Shown in pieces: positions 26,903-37,402 of a stretch of DNA of 64,000 nucleotides. A model generated the notes under the pieces. That model ran no database searches and was not told the origin of the DNA. It worked only from the letters and a program-made list of their open reading frames with translations. The position numbers and the translations under genes were made by a program. Numbering within the stretch: the stretch's first letter is position 1; every line of letters begins with the position of its first letter. Source of the DNA: Nannocystis bainbridge (lineage in GTDB: Bacteria > Myxococcota_A > Polyangia > Nannocystales > Nannocystaceae); the NCBI RefSeq assembly GCF_028368995.1, contig NZ_JAQNDL010000001.1, positions 2,144,001 through 2,208,000 on the forward strand, read 5' to 3'.

Positions 26903-28642
26903 ATGCGCCCTCGCCCGCTCGCCCTCGCCGCCCTCGCGCTGACGCTCGCCGGCGGCTGCCTCAAGATCCCGGCCGAGCCCAAGTCCCCGGAGACAGGTCC
27001 CGAAGGACAGGTCGCGACCCTGGCCTGGCCCGGCGCCGCGATCGACAAGCTGTACCGCCCCGGCGAGGTCCGCGTGTACACGATGATGCAGTCCGGCAAG
27101 CCGATCGGCACCTCGTGGGGCCGCTACGAGGGCCCGGTCGACGGCGAACCCGGCCACTTCCGCTTCGCCACCCGCATCGAGCTGCGCCCGCCCGGCCGCG
27201 ACGGCAAGCCGGCCGAGCCGCTGCGCAGCTCCGGCGAGATCGTCGTCGACGCCCGCGGCGACCTGATCCGCGGCTTCGAGCGCAGCAACGCCGCCGAGCT
27301 GGTGTTCGAGCGCAAGGGCGACGCGCTCCACTTCAACTCCGGCCGCGAACGCGACGAGATCACGTACCGCAGCGGCGACGCGTTCATGGCGTTCTCGGCG
27401 ATCTTCCACGAGGAGCTGATGTTCGGCCTGCGCCGCCTCGAGGCCGGCGAGCTGGCGTGGCGCCTGGTCAGCCTGTCGGGCTCGATGCCGACCGAGTGGA
27501 CGGCGACGCTGACGATCCCCGACCCGGCGGCGCCCGGCCGGGCCACGGTCAAGACCAACCTCGGCGAGACGGTCACGCTGCGCGACGGCCGGATCGAGAA
27601 GGTCCAGATCGAGGCCGACGACGTCGAGATCCAGGTGCCGGTGCAGCCGCCGACCTGGCCCGAGTGGCAGATCGCCGGGCCACCTGTCCTCAAGTACAGC
27701 TCGCTCCCGGGCGCCCGATTCACCCGCCGCGAGGTCGAGCTGCCCGGACGGCCCGGCGAGCCCGCGCTGGCCGGCGAGGTCCTGCTGCCGCCCGGTCCGG
27801 GCCCGTTCCCCGCGGCGCTGCTGCTGCCCGGCACCGGCCAGCAGGACCGCTTCGGCTTCGCCGGCCCGCCGCCGGTCGACCTCGGCAGCCACACGATCAC
27901 CGACGCGCTCGCCGAGGCCGGCTTCGCGGTCCTCCGCTTCGACGAGCGCGGCTTCGGCAGCAGCGCCGACGGCCCGATCTCCTACCTCGGCCAGCTCGAG
28001 GACGCCCGCCGCGCGCTGCGGACCCTGCTGGTCCAGGACGAGGTCGACCCCGACCGCGTGGTCCTCGTCGGCCACGGCGAGGGCGGCTGGAAGGCGCTGA
28101 CGCTGGCCGCCGAGGACCCGAGCGTCAAGGCGGTGGCGCTGCTGGCCACGCCCGGCCGCCCGTACGAGCAGATCCTGCGGGCGCAGGGCGAGGCGGCCCT
28201 GCAAGCGGTGCCGCCCCAGCTCCGCGACGACGCCCGCAAGACCCAGAACAAGACGCTGCAAGCGCTGAAGACCGGCCACGGGGTGCCGCCGGAGCTGGCG
28301 GCGCAGGCGCTGTGGGTGCGGGAGATCCTTCAAGTCTCGCCGGAGGCGCTGATCGCCGGCAGCGAGGCGCCGCTGTGGATCGCGCAGGGCAACAAGGACT
28401 TCGAGGTCGACCCGAACCGCGACCCCCAAGAGCTGGTGAAGCTGGCCAAGCGCCGCAAACGCAAGGCCGAGCTGCGCTCGTTCGCCGACCTCGACCACCT
28501 TTTTAAACCCGAGCCCGAGAACTCCAACCCGGCCCGCTACCTCGACGCCGCCCGCACCGTCGACCACGCGTTCCTCGGCCAGCTTACGACCTGGCTGCAA
28601 GGCCAGATCAAGGCCGCGCCCGCCAAACCGCGCGGCAATTGA
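26903..28642 (+). CDS. Lipoprotein with C-terminal alpha/beta hydrolase (S9-like) domain
   Basis: MRPRPLALAALALTLAGGC lipobox; GPGPFPAALLLPG, RFDERG, DLDHLF; GHGEGG at the nucleophile elbow has Gly where Ser is expected. Confidence 0.8.
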   Translation: MRPRPLALAALALTLAGGCLKIPAEPKSPETGPEGQVATLAWPGAAIDKLYRPGEVRVYTMMQSGKPIGTSWGRYEGPVDGEPGHFRFATRIELRPPGRDGKPAEPLRSSGEIVVDARGDLIRGFERSNAAELVFERKGDALHFNSGRERDEITYRSGDAFMAFSAIFHEELMFGLRRLEAGELAWRLVSLSGSMPTEWTATLTIPDPAAPGRATVKTNLGETVTLRDGRIEKVQIEADDVEIQVPVQPPTWPEWQIAGPPVLKYSSLPGARFTRREVELPGRPGEPALAGEVLLPPGPGPFPAALLLPGTGQQDRFGFAGPPPVDLGSHTITDALAEAGFAVLRFDERGFGSSADGPISYLGQLEDARRALRTLLVQDEVDPDRVVLVGHGEGGWKALTLAAEDPSVKAVALLATPGRPYEQILRAQGEAALQAVPPQLRDDARKTQNKTLQALKTGHGVPPELAAQALWVREILQVSPEALIAGSEAPLWIAQGNKDFEVDPNRDPQELVKLAKRRKRKAELRSFADLDHLFKPEPENSNPARYLDAARTVDHAFLGQLTTWLQGQIKAAPAKPRGN

Positions 28643-28743
28643 GCGGGCCCGCGAGGCCGCGCAAGGCAGCCGCGAGGCCCCGCGAGGCCGCGCGAGGCAA
28701 TCGCCCGCCACGGGCCGGCGGCCGACTCTGCGCCGGAGCAGCC

Positions 28744-28823
28744 GAGCATGTCCCCTTTGACATGCACTCGTGGACATGCCCTCGCGGACATGTCCCTTCG
28801 CGCATGCCCTTCAGGCCATGTTT
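28744..28823. repeat. 14-bp-phased array, 6 units
   Basis: Units at 28744, 28758, 28772, 28786, 28800 and 28814, between convergent stops. Confidence 0.9.
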
Positions 28824-28825
28824 TT

Positions 28826-29881
28826 TTAGGAATCCATCAGCGCCGACAGCGTCGCCGGGCGGAACACCCCGCGCTCGGTGATGAACGCGGTCACCAATTC
28901 GGCCGGGGTGACGTCGAAGGCCGGGTTGCGGGCGCCGACGCCGGCCGGGGTCATGCGGCGGCCGCCGTGGAGGTGGACCTCGTTGTGGTCGCGCTCCTCG
29001 ATCGGGATCTCCGCCCCGCTCGCGGTCGCCGGGTCGACCGTCGACCACGGCGCCGCCACGTAGAACGGGATCTGGTGGTAGCGGCACAGCACCGCCACCG
29101 TGTACGTCCCGATCTTGTTGGCGACATCGCCGTTGCGGGCGATCCGGTCGGCGCCGACGATGGCCGCCTGGACCTCGCCGCGGGCCATCAGCGCGCCCGC
29201 CATGTTGTCGGCGATGATGTCGACCGGGATCCCGTCGTGGCGCAGCTCCCACGCGGTCAGCCGCGCGCCCTGCAGCACCGGCCGCGTCTCGTCGGCCAGC
29301 ACCCGCAGCTTCTTGCCGTTCGCGTGGGCCCGCCGGATCACCCCGAGCGCCGTGCCCCAGCCGGCCGTCGCCAGCGCGCCGGTGTTGCAGTGCGTCAGCA
29401 CCGTGCCGACGTCCGGCAGCAGCGGCGCGCCGTGGTCCGCCATCGTCAGGCACGCGCGCAGCTCGTCGTCGACGTAGCGCAGCGCCGCCGCGTGCAGGTG
29501 CCCCCGCACGCCGGCGACCGTCAGCCCGGCCGGGCACTCGACCAGCGCGCCGCGCATGTGGCCGATCGCGTGGAACAGGTTGACCGCCGTCGGCCGCGTC
29601 CGCGCCAGCCGCTCGAACGCCATCAGGCACGACTCGCGGAACATCCCCGCGTCGTCGGAGAACCGCCACGACGACGCCACCAATCCCAGCGCCGCCGCGC
29701 AGCCGATCGCCGGGGCCCCGCGGACCGCCAGCTTCTCGATCGCCTCCGCCACCGCCTCGACGTCGTCGAGGTCGAGCCAGTCCTCGCGCTCGGGCAACGA
29801 GCGCTGGTCGAGCAGGTGCAGCACCCGACCGTCGGGGCTCAGCTTGACCGGACGGAGCATCGCGCTGGATTCGCTGGTCAT
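28826..29881 (-). CDS. mtnA: S-methyl-5-thioribose-1-phosphate isomerase
   Basis: [69 protein letters not shown]. Confidence 0.95.
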   Translation of the reverse strand: MTSESSAMLRPVKLSPDGRVLHLLDQRSLPEREDWLDLDDVEAVAEAIEKLAVRGAPAIGCAAALGLVASSWRFSDDAGMFRESCLMAFERLARTRPTAVNLFHAIGHMRGALVECPAGLTVAGVRGHLHAAALRYVDDELRACLTMADHGAPLLPDVGTVLTHCNTGALATAGWGTALGVIRRAHANGKKLRVLADETRPVLQGARLTAWELRHDGIPVDIIADNMAGALMARGEVQAAIVGADRIARNGDVANKIGTYTVAVLCRYHQIPFYVAAPWSTVDPATASGAEIPIEERDHNEVHLHGGRRMTPAGVGARNPAFDVTPAELVTAFITERGVFRPATLSALMDS

Positions 29882-30940
29882 GTCGTGTCGTCTCCTGGGG
29901 GCGGCGAATGTAGCGCCACCACGAGGAGTTTGTGGACGCGTCGCGGGTCGGTTCGCCCCCGCAGCGCCTGCATGACCCGGCCAATTAGGTACCCCCATAA
30001 CGCCGCCTTTCCCGCGCGATACTGCGCGACCTGCTGCGGGTAACCTCGCAGCACGCCGACGATCGCCGCCGTAAGGGCTGCGTCGTCATCCTCGAGGACC
30101 AGGCCCTCGCGCGCGGCGATCCCCCCCGGGACGCCGCCCTCCACCACCAGAAGATCCAGGATCTGTTGAGCTGCCGGCGCGCTCACCTCAGCGGCCTCGA
30201 GCATACGCACAAGGTCCGCCAGCGCCGCCGGCGCCACCTTCGCCGAACTCAGCTGCTTCGTCGGCACGCGCCGGATCAGCTCGGCCGTCAGCCAGTGACA
30301 CAGCCGTCGCGCCAGCGCCGGCCCGCGCGGACCGAGGCTCGTCAGCGCCGCGTCGAACCAGGCCCCGAGGATCGGCTCGTCGACCAGCAGGCTCGCCTCC
30401 GCCGGCGCCAGCCCGAGCACGCAGTAGCGCACACGTGTCCTTTCGGGCAGCTCCGGCTGACCCTCGCGGGCCCTCGCCATCGCCGCCGGAACGACGCGCC
30501 GCCAGCGGTATTCGAGCTCTGTCTGCTTCACGCGCATCCCCTGCACCGCCGCGCGGGCCACGTCGTCGCGCAGCGTCACCGCGTACCGGCGACCCTGCGG
30601 CGATCCGCGCCTCCTGGCGTTCGACCTCGGCCGTCACGGCCCGCTCGATGAAGTTGAACGAGTTCAGGTCCTCGCTCTCACAGCGCACCCTCGGGGCCGC
30701 GGGGCCGCGGCGCTGCAGCGAGACATTCACGTCGCAGGGCGGCGAACCACCCGCCATCGTGGCGGCGGACACATCGAAGCGCAGCCGCAAGAGACGCGGC
30801 GCCCGCAGCTCCCGCGCAGCCTCCGCAGCGCCGCGGATCACAGGCGCTGTCACGATCCCGAGCAGCGCCGCGCCGGCGCGGCTGGAATCGAGCGAGGGCC
30901 CGGCGAGCACCTCGCCGGCGTCCTCCTCGAGGCGCCCGCG
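29878..30940 (-). pseudogene. gatB: Degenerate, 5'-truncated and frameshifted GatB (Asp/Glu-tRNA amidotransferase B) paralog; C-terminal GatB/YqeY part is open (29878-30579)
   Basis: LEEDAG, SRAGAALLGIVTAP, CDVNVSL and DLNSFNFIERAV in one frame; MRVKQTELEYR, PELP and [23 protein letters not shown] in another; frame switch near 30580. Confidence 0.75.
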
Positions 30941-32422
30941 TCACGGCTCGCGATCGAGCCGCAGCGCGCGCCCCGGCGGACAGATCAGCGCCCACGTCCC
31001 CGCGGAGCCCGGCTCGCCGTCGTCGGGCGCGACCAGGGCGCAGCCGTTCTCTGCGACCGCCTCTGGCCGCGACGCCAGCCGCAACATCCGCGCTCCCTCG
31101 AGGTCGACCGCGAATACCCGATCCTCGATCTCGATCACCCCGGGCTGCCGCGTCTTTTCGTGCGGCGGCATCCGCCGCGACCGCCCCGTCGTCACCTGAT
31201 AGGCGTGGCGGCTCCCGACCAGCCATCCGCGACGATCCTGCCGCACGCTGTGCTCGTCGGGCGGGAGCTCGACCCCGCCGCGATCGAGCTCGAGCGATCC
31301 GTCGGCGAGGTCGATCCGCCCGAGCAGCTCCCGGCCGTCGACCTTCACCCGCGCGGCGCTCCACAGCGCTCCGTCGCGGCCGAGCACCGGCAGCATGAAC
31401 AACTTCTGCAACCCCGCGATCGTCTGCGCCCCACCGATCACCGACCGCAGCTCCCGCACCCCCTCCGGACAGACCAGCGCCGCCGCCACCGCGGCGAATT
31501 CTTGCCTCCACTCGCACCCCACGGGCGCGTCGACGCTCGTCCCGTCGGCGTGCACCACTCCACTGGTCACCCCGAACGTCCCGTACGTGTCCGCTCCGAA
31601 CGGCACCCACGGCTCCCCCGACTCCTCCTCCATCGGCTGCGGCGCCGCCTTGTAGCCCGAGTAGACCCGCGCCCCGCCCGCGTCCGCCAGCACCGCCGCG
31701 GACAGGTCACCCATGCGCGTCGGCGGCACCATGAACGCGTCGTGCCAGTCTCTCCAGTCGATCCACGGCTCGCACGTATGATCGCGCCACGGGAACGTCA
31801 GCGCCCCGTCGCCATCGGTGTCGCGCGGCACCACCAAGAATCGCACCCACCCCGGCGCCCCGGTCGGCTCGGCGCGCCACAGCTTGTACGGCGGCGCCAC
31901 GACCTCGCGCTCGTGCCCGTCGCTCAGCCGGCGGATCACCGCGCGATCCGGATCTGTCCGCAAGTACAGCAGCTCGCCGCCCCACGGATCGAACATCGCC
32001 TGCCGCCCCTGCCCCCAGCAGCGCTGGCGATCGCCGGTCAGGTCGGCTCCACGGGCTGCGAGGTCGTCGAGCGTCCCCGTCTCGCCGTCGAGCAGCCACA
32101 AGTGCTTGCCCGCGAGGGCCACCGCCCAGCGCCCGCGCGGGTCGGTGGCGACGACCTCCTCGATCATGCGCCGCGTCCCCGCGACCGTGTCGTGGAGCAT
32201 CAACAGCGGCGGCACGTCCAGGCCGAGCTTCCTCTTGCTCTCCTCGTCCGTGTACACGTACAGCGCCACGAACCGCGCGTTCGCGCTCATCCACTTGAGC
32301 TCGCCCGGCCGTCGCTCGCCGAGCTCGATCACCTCCGGCTCGCCGGCGATCTCATGCACCATGGGGGCCGGCTTCGCCGTGCACGCCGCCAGCGACAGGG
32401 CCACGATCGTCGTGCGTCGCAT
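30941..32422 (-). CDS. Hypothetical lipoprotein, probable beta-propeller
   Basis: MRRTTIVALSLAAC lipobox; DTDGDGAL loop. Confidence 0.7.
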   Translation of the reverse strand: MRRTTIVALSLAACTAKPAPMVHEIAGEPEVIELGERRPGELKWMSANARFVALYVYTDEESKRKLGLDVPPLLMLHDTVAGTRRMIEEVVATDPRGRWAVALAGKHLWLLDGETGTLDDLAARGADLTGDRQRCWGQGRQAMFDPWGGELLYLRTDPDRAVIRRLSDGHEREVVAPPYKLWRAEPTGAPGWVRFLVVPRDTDGDGALTFPWRDHTCEPWIDWRDWHDAFMVPPTRMGDLSAAVLADAGGARVYSGYKAAPQPMEEESGEPWVPFGADTYGTFGVTSGVVHADGTSVDAPVGCEWRQEFAAVAAALVCPEGVRELRSVIGGAQTIAGLQKLFMLPVLGRDGALWSAARVKVDGRELLGRIDLADGSLELDRGGVELPPDEHSVRQDRRGWLVGSRHAYQVTTGRSRRMPPHEKTRQPGVIEIEDRVFAVDLEGARMLRLASRPEAVAENGCALVAPDDGEPGSAGTWALICPPGRALRLDREP

Positions 32423-32563
32423 TCGCCGTGCAACGCCCGTCGCCCGCTGAAGTTTCCCGCCCCTGCACTCCGCGGCGCCAGGTCGCGCCTGTCCTGCGGC
32501 CCGCGAGCTCAAAAAACAATCGCCGGCCGTGTCGCACGCCCTGCCGAAGCCTGCTGCTCCTTC

Positions 32564-32718
32564 GGGCATGTCCTTTCTGCCATATTCCCAGTGCACCACG
32601 AGCCGTCGGGCGTCCCCTCGCGCGGGCCCGACGCGCGATCACTTGACCTTTCGGACATGTCTCATCAGCCATGTCCACAGGCCCCCGCGTCATGGAACCT
32701 GTCCTCCGGGACATGCGC
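32564..32718. repeat. 14-bp-phased motif clusters
   Basis: Pair at 32564/32578; in-phase series at 32639, 32653, 32667, (32681 lost), 32695 and 32709. Confidence 0.75.
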
Positions 32719-33290
32719 GCACAGGTCGCCGTGCGCGCCCATGCCGAACTCGTCGAGCACCCGCTCGCCGAGCAACCCGCACCGGCCGCGCGCATCCGCC
32801 GGACGTGGCCCTGTCGTCGCGGTCGTCGTGGGCGCGGGCCCGCGGCGATCGTCCCGAGCCGCACCGTGTCGGCGAGCTCACCGGTGGTGAGCGGGGCGAA
32901 CCGGGCGCGGCCTGCGGTCACGAGACGGCGACGACAGCTCGCGGCCCGCGCACCACCCCACGCGCACCCAGCCAGTCGACAACACCCGGCCACAGCCACT
33001 CGCCGCGACCGCAGGGACATCTGCCTGTGGAACCAGCTCCGCAGCCCGCACTCTCCGGCGCATCCTCCGCACCCACGGGCGGAAGCGCCCCGAGCCGCCC
33101 CCGCACCGGCTGCAGCCTCGCCCGGACCGCCCGCTCCGACCGCGGACCCGTCCCCCACGAGAACCGCGCGCCCCAGCGCCTCAGCCGCTCCGGGGCCGGT
33201 CTGGGTGCGCCCGCCTACCACAAGGGGTCGTGGTCGCCGAATCACCCCGCTTCCGTGACTTGGCCGCCGGGCCGCGGTAATTCTGGATCC

Positions 33291-34247
33291 GTGACCGACC
33301 GCTCCGTCGCCTGTCGCCGGCCCGCCGCTCTGGGCCTCGTGCTCGCCGCCGCCATCGCGGCGTGCAGCGGCGTCGACGATCCAGGCGAGCTCGGCGTGGC
33401 CCCGCAGGAGTCGGGCGAGCCGGCGGCCACCTCGCGGCTGGCCCAGATCCGCGTCGTCGTCCAGCCGCCCGGCGAGTTCGCGGGTGACGAGCCGGCGCTC
33501 GAGGTCTCGGCCGTGTTCGCCCAGTACCGCGGCTACGACGAGGCCGCCGCGCGCACCCGCCTCGACCTGCCGCGGCCCCCGGCCGAGCGCATGCGTCCCG
33601 GCCACTGTGCCCCGAGCGACCAGCTGCTGGCCGCCGACGAACCTGTCTCCAAGGACAGCAGCAGCAGCGCGCGCGAGCTGATCTTGCTCGACGCCGGCAA
33701 CCTCGGCGTCACCATCGGCGAGGCCGCGATCGACGTCCCGCTGGCGCTGCTGCCCGACCTGGTGCCCAACATCTCCGGCGTCACCTACACCTACCTGGGC
33801 GACAGCCTGCCTGCCGGTGCCTGGCCGCCGGGCGAGCCGGCCCCGTCCGAGTTGGTCGTCCGCGTCGACGGCGAGGGCGACGAGCTGCCCGGCTTCACCC
33901 TGCGCCCGCGCCTGCCCGAGCCGGCCGCGCTGACCGGCAGCATCGACCGCGGTCGCGACGAGCTGCGCCTCGAGTGGCGCCCCGGCGCCCGCGAGCCGCT
34001 GGTCCTGCGCCTCGCCAGCCTGATCGGCGGCGAGCCGGTCGGCGAGGAGCTGACCTGCGTGACCCATGACGACGGCTCGTTCGTCGCCGACCTCGACGAG
34101 CTGCACGCGCTCGGCCTCGACGCCGGCCCCGGCACCGCCCTGCGCATCGCGGCCACCCGCTCCGGCCGCACCGTGTTCGACGCCGGCGAGTTCGTCGGCG
34201 CCGAAGCCGTCGTCGAGGTCCGCACCGTCACCGTGCTCCCCCCCTGA
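33291..34247 (+). CDS. Hypothetical lipoprotein
   Basis: GTG start; LVLAAAIAAC lipobox; host-like codon bias only from 33291 onward. Confidence 0.7.
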   Translation: MTDRSVACRRPAALGLVLAAAIAACSGVDDPGELGVAPQESGEPAATSRLAQIRVVVQPPGEFAGDEPALEVSAVFAQYRGYDEAAARTRLDLPRPPAERMRPGHCAPSDQLLAADEPVSKDSSSSARELILLDAGNLGVTIGEAAIDVPLALLPDLVPNISGVTYTYLGDSLPAGAWPPGEPAPSELVVRVDGEGDELPGFTLRPRLPEPAALTGSIDRGRDELRLEWRPGAREPLVLRLASLIGGEPVGEELTCVTHDDGSFVADLDELHALGLDAGPGTALRIAATRSGRTVFDAGEFVGAEAVVEVRTVTVLPP

Positions 34248-34273
34248 GCCGCCGGGTCGCTCGAGCGACAGAG

Positions 34274-34353
34274 GGACATGTCCACCCGGACATGTCCCTT
34301 TCGACATTTCTCTCACGACATGTCGATGAAGACATGTCCGATCGGCCATCTCC
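34274..34353. repeat. 14-bp-phased array, 6 units
   Basis: Units at 34274, 34288, 34302, 34316, 34330 and 34344, between convergent stops. Confidence 0.9.
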
Positions 34354-34365
34354 TGGCCCGCGAGC

Positions 34366-35871
34366 TCACCCCGACGCCCGCAGGCGCAGCGCCGCGGCTG
34401 CCTCCTCGCGGTCGTCGAAGTGCAGCTTGGTCGTCCCGACGACTTGATAGTCCTCGTGCCCCTTGCCCGCGATCACCACCACATCCTCGACGCCCGCCTC
34501 CGCGACCGCGCGGGCGATCGCCGCGCGGCGGTCGACCTCCGGCACCACCCGGTCGCGGCGGCTGGCCGGCACGCCGGCCAGCATCTGCGCCACGATCGCC
34601 GCCGGATCTTCCGTGCGCGGGTTGTCGGAGGTCGCGTAGAAGCGATCGGCCAGGGTCGCCGCGAACTCGCCCATCGGCGCCCGCTTGCCTGGATCGCGAT
34701 CGCCGCCGCAGCCCAGCACCACGAACAGCCGGCCGCTGCAGGCCCGCCGCACCGCTTGCAGCGCCCGCGCCACCGCGTCGGGCGTGTGCGCGTAGTCGAC
34801 GAGCACCGTCGGCCCGCGCGCGCCCGCCACCGTCACCCGCTCGAGCCGCCCCGGCGCCCCGCGGCACTCCGCCAGCGCCGCCGCGATCGCCGGCGGCTCC
34901 AGCCCCAGCCCCAGCCCCAGCCCGATCGCCACCAGCAGGTTGTCGAGGTTGAACGCCCCGACCAGCGGCGAGCGCAGCGCCAGCGGCCCCGCCGGCGTGT
35001 CCACGCGCGCCGTCAGACCTGTGCTTTCGGACATCACCGAAGACGCCACGATCTCCGCCCCCGGCAGCCCGCCGCGCGACGCTCGCCACACCTGCGACCC
35101 GGCCGGCGCCGCCGCCAAGAATTGCTGCGCCGCCGGCTGCTCGTCGACCGCCGCCACCACCACCCCGCCGGCCCGCAGGTGCTCTGCCGGCAGCAGGCAC
35201 TTGGCCGCCAGGTACTCGGCCATCGTCGCGTGGAAATCGAGGTGGTCCTGCGAGAAGCTGGTCAGCCCGGCCGCGTCGTAGCGCAGCGGCTTCGCCCGGC
35301 CCTGCGCCAGCGCGTGCGACGACACCTCCATCACCGCGTCGGTCGCCCCGCGCTCGCGCGCCCGCGCCAGCAGCTCCTGCAGCTCGAGCGGGAACGGCGT
35401 GGTGAAGGCCGCCGTCTCCTCGCGGTCGCCGACCCAGTTGCCCGTCGTACCGATCCGCGCGTGCTTGCGCCCCGCGGCCGCCAGCATCGCCGCGACCAGG
35501 AACGTCACCGTCGTCTTGCCGTTGGTCCCCGTCACGCCCGCCAGGCGCAGGTGCTCGCCGGGCTCGCCCCAGGCGCGCGCACACAGCCGCGGCAGCGCGT
35601 CGGCGATCGCCGGCAGCTCGACCCGCGGCTCCGGCTGCGGCGCCGCCAGCCGCCCGCGCTCGACGATCGCCAGCGCCGCGCCTGCCGCCAGCGCCGCCGG
35701 CACGAACGCGTGCCCGTCGTGTGCCAGCCCCGGCACCGCCACGAACGCCGCGCCGGGGACCACCCGCCGCGAATCGACGACCAGCCGCGCGACCGCCGTC
35801 TCCGGCCCGCAGCCGTGGTAGCTCGCGTCTTCACCGGCGAGCAGGGCGCCGAGGCGCAGCGTGTCGGACAT
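34366..35871 (-). CDS. murE: UDP-N-acetylmuramoyl-L-alanyl-D-glutamate--2,6-diaminopimelate ligase
   Basis: DSRRV.PG, GVTGTNGKTT, MEVSSHAL, DHLDFH, VDYAHTPDA, GCGGDRD, DNPR (DAP specificity), AGKGHE. Confidence 0.95.
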   Translation of the reverse strand: MSDTLRLGALLAGEDASYHGCGPETAVARLVVDSRRVVPGAAFVAVPGLAHDGHAFVPAALAAGAALAIVERGRLAAPQPEPRVELPAIADALPRLCARAWGEPGEHLRLAGVTGTNGKTTVTFLVAAMLAAAGRKHARIGTTGNWVGDREETAAFTTPFPLELQELLARARERGATDAVMEVSSHALAQGRAKPLRYDAAGLTSFSQDHLDFHATMAEYLAAKCLLPAEHLRAGGVVVAAVDEQPAAQQFLAAAPAGSQVWRASRGGLPGAEIVASSVMSESTGLTARVDTPAGPLALRSPLVGAFNLDNLLVAIGLGLGLGLEPPAIAAALAECRGAPGRLERVTVAGARGPTVLVDYAHTPDAVARALQAVRRACSGRLFVVLGCGGDRDPGKRAPMGEFAATLADRFYATSDNPRTEDPAAIVAQMLAGVPASRRDRVVPEVDRRAAIARAVAEAGVEDVVVIAGKGHEDYQVVGTTKLHFDDREEAAAALRLRASG

Positions 35872-35949
35872 CGCCCGCAGGCTAGCGCACCCGCGCCCGC
35901 CCGAACAGCACCCCTCCGCCCGCCCGCCCGAGCTTCCGGGGCGCCAGTC

Positions 35950-36348
35950 CTCGCCTGTCCCTTCAGTCAGCTCCTCGCAATGCCCGCTCGCCCGCCCGCC
36001 CGCAGATCCGGCCGCGCTCGCGGACATGCTCGATCGGACATGCCCCGGCGCCGCTGCTCGCCTGTCCTTCAGTCAGCTCCTCGCAGCGCGGCCGAGCGCG
36101 GGAGACGATGCCCAGCCGCGCTCGCACACATGCCCGGCGCCGGTTCTCGCCTGTCCCTTCAGTCGGCTCCTCGCAGCACGGCCGAGCGCGGGAGACGATG
36201 CCCGGCCGCGCTCGCGGACATGCCCGGCGCCGCGCCTCGCCTCGCCCTTCAATCAGCTCCTCGCAATGCCCACGATTCACCCCTCAACGGCCGAACGCGG
36301 GTGGCGAAACCCGGCCGCGCTCAAGGACATGCCCGATCGGACATGCCC
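35950..36348. repeat. Four imperfect 89-107-bp tandem units upstream of murE
   Basis: Units start at 35950, 36057, 36146 and 36236: ctcgcctgtcccttcagtcagctcctcgca-[variable]-ccggccgcgctcgcggacatgc. Confidence 0.85.
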
Positions 36349-36441
36349 CAAGGGGCATGCCATCATGAACATGTCCCCCGCGCCATCTCCCCACATTCGA
36401 TCTCGCTGATTTTTAAAGGACATGTCCCGGAGGACATGCCT
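36325..36441. repeat. 14-bp-phased array, 5+2 units
   Basis: Units at 36325, 36339, 36353, 36367 and 36381, then 36418 and 36432. Confidence 0.88.
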
Positions 36442-36448
36442 TTAATCA

Positions 36449-37402
36449 TCAGCTGCCGCCGGGCGTCTTGACCAGGCGACCGATCCGCAGGTTGGGGATG
36501 AACGCCTCGGTCAGGGCCGCCGGCGTCTGGATCTTCCCGCGCATCGTGTCCTCGAGCCGGCGCGGCACCTCCGGGATCGGGGGCGGCGGCGGCGAGTCGT
36601 CGGCCGGCAACGCCGCCAGCAGCGGCGGCGGCGGCATCGTCAGCTGCGCCGCGGGCATCGGCGGCGGCGGCGGCAGGTCGGTGTACGCGTCGTACTCCTC
36701 GTGTTCCTGTTCGTGCTCGAGCTCGACCTCGAGTTCGCCGGAGATGGCGACCTGCGCCGGGCGGGACCCGAGCACCGGCTGCGCTGGCGCGAACTCGGGG
36801 ACGCGGGCCTGCGGCCGGCTCGGCTCCGCGGGCGCGCTCGCCTGCTCGTCCGCGCGGGCGAAGATCCCCGACTGCGCCGCCAGGTCGAGCTCACCGCGCA
36901 GCGCCGGCACATCGAGCCGCTCGAGCCACGCCCGGTCGACCAGGAACCGGCCGTCGAGCGGCACCAGCGTCAGCGACCCGCGCGTGATGCTGTGGAGCAG
37001 CTTGCCACCTGCGTGGTGTCGCAGGCGACGGCCGAGCTCCGCCACCGCCTCGTCGTCGTCGTCGAGCGCCCGGGTCAACGCCGACAGCACCAGCCCGAGC
37101 ACCTCGCGGGCGCGATCGAACTCGCTCTGGAGCTGCTGCTGCTCGGCGTCGGTGCGGTCGGTTCGCACCACCACCTTGGGCGTCGGCAGCGGCGGCTCGT
37201 GCTGGGCGGCGCGCAGCCGCTGGGCCAGGCCGGCCGCCACCTGCAGCTTCTTGTTCAGCTGGCGAGCCAGGCCCGCCCAGTGGTCACGCTCGTGCTGACC
37301 GGTCGCGACCGCGCTCTCGAGCTCCGCCACTCGCGCTTCGAGCTGTCGGATGTGCAGGACCTTCGCGTCGTAGCGCTGCCAGATATCACCGGAGTCCGTC
37401 AT
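36449..37402 (-). CDS. Hypothetical protein with N-terminal coiled coil and Pro-rich C-terminus
   Basis: MTDSGDIWQRYDAKVLHIRQLEARVAELE heptads; host-like codon usage. Confidence 0.7.
   Translation of the reverse strand: MTDSGDIWQRYDAKVLHIRQLEARVAELESAVATGQHERDHWAGLARQLNKKLQVAAGLAQRLRAAQHEPPLPTPKVVVRTDRTDAEQQQLQSEFDRAREVLGLVLSALTRALDDDDEAVAELGRRLRHHAGGKLLHSITRGSLTLVPLDGRFLVDRAWLERLDVPALRGELDLAAQSGIFARADEQASAPAEPSRPQARVPEFAPAQPVLGSRPAQVAISGELEVELEHEQEHEEYDAYTDLPPPPPMPAAQLTMPPPPLLAALPADDSPPPPPIPEVPRRLEDTMRGKIQTPAALTEAFIPNLRIGRLVKTPGGS

Noticed and set aside
23294-28642. 1782-aa ORF in the track
   Set aside because: Off-frame Arg/Pro-rich shadow of the WD40 gene running into the real gene that starts at 26903.
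28649-28700. Short CGCGAGGC repeats after the hydrolase stop
   Set aside because: Low-complexity GC sequence with irregular spacing; not seen elsewhere as a family.
32720-33290. N-terminal extension of ORF 32529-34247, or a separate gene in this gap
   Set aside because: No codon bias or recognisable motif; the lipoprotein signal begins at 33291.
35950-36348. Possible CRISPR array (conserved repeats with variable middles)
   Set aside because: Repeats are long and degenerate, two 'spacers' are near-identical, unit lengths vary, and no cas genes are in the window.
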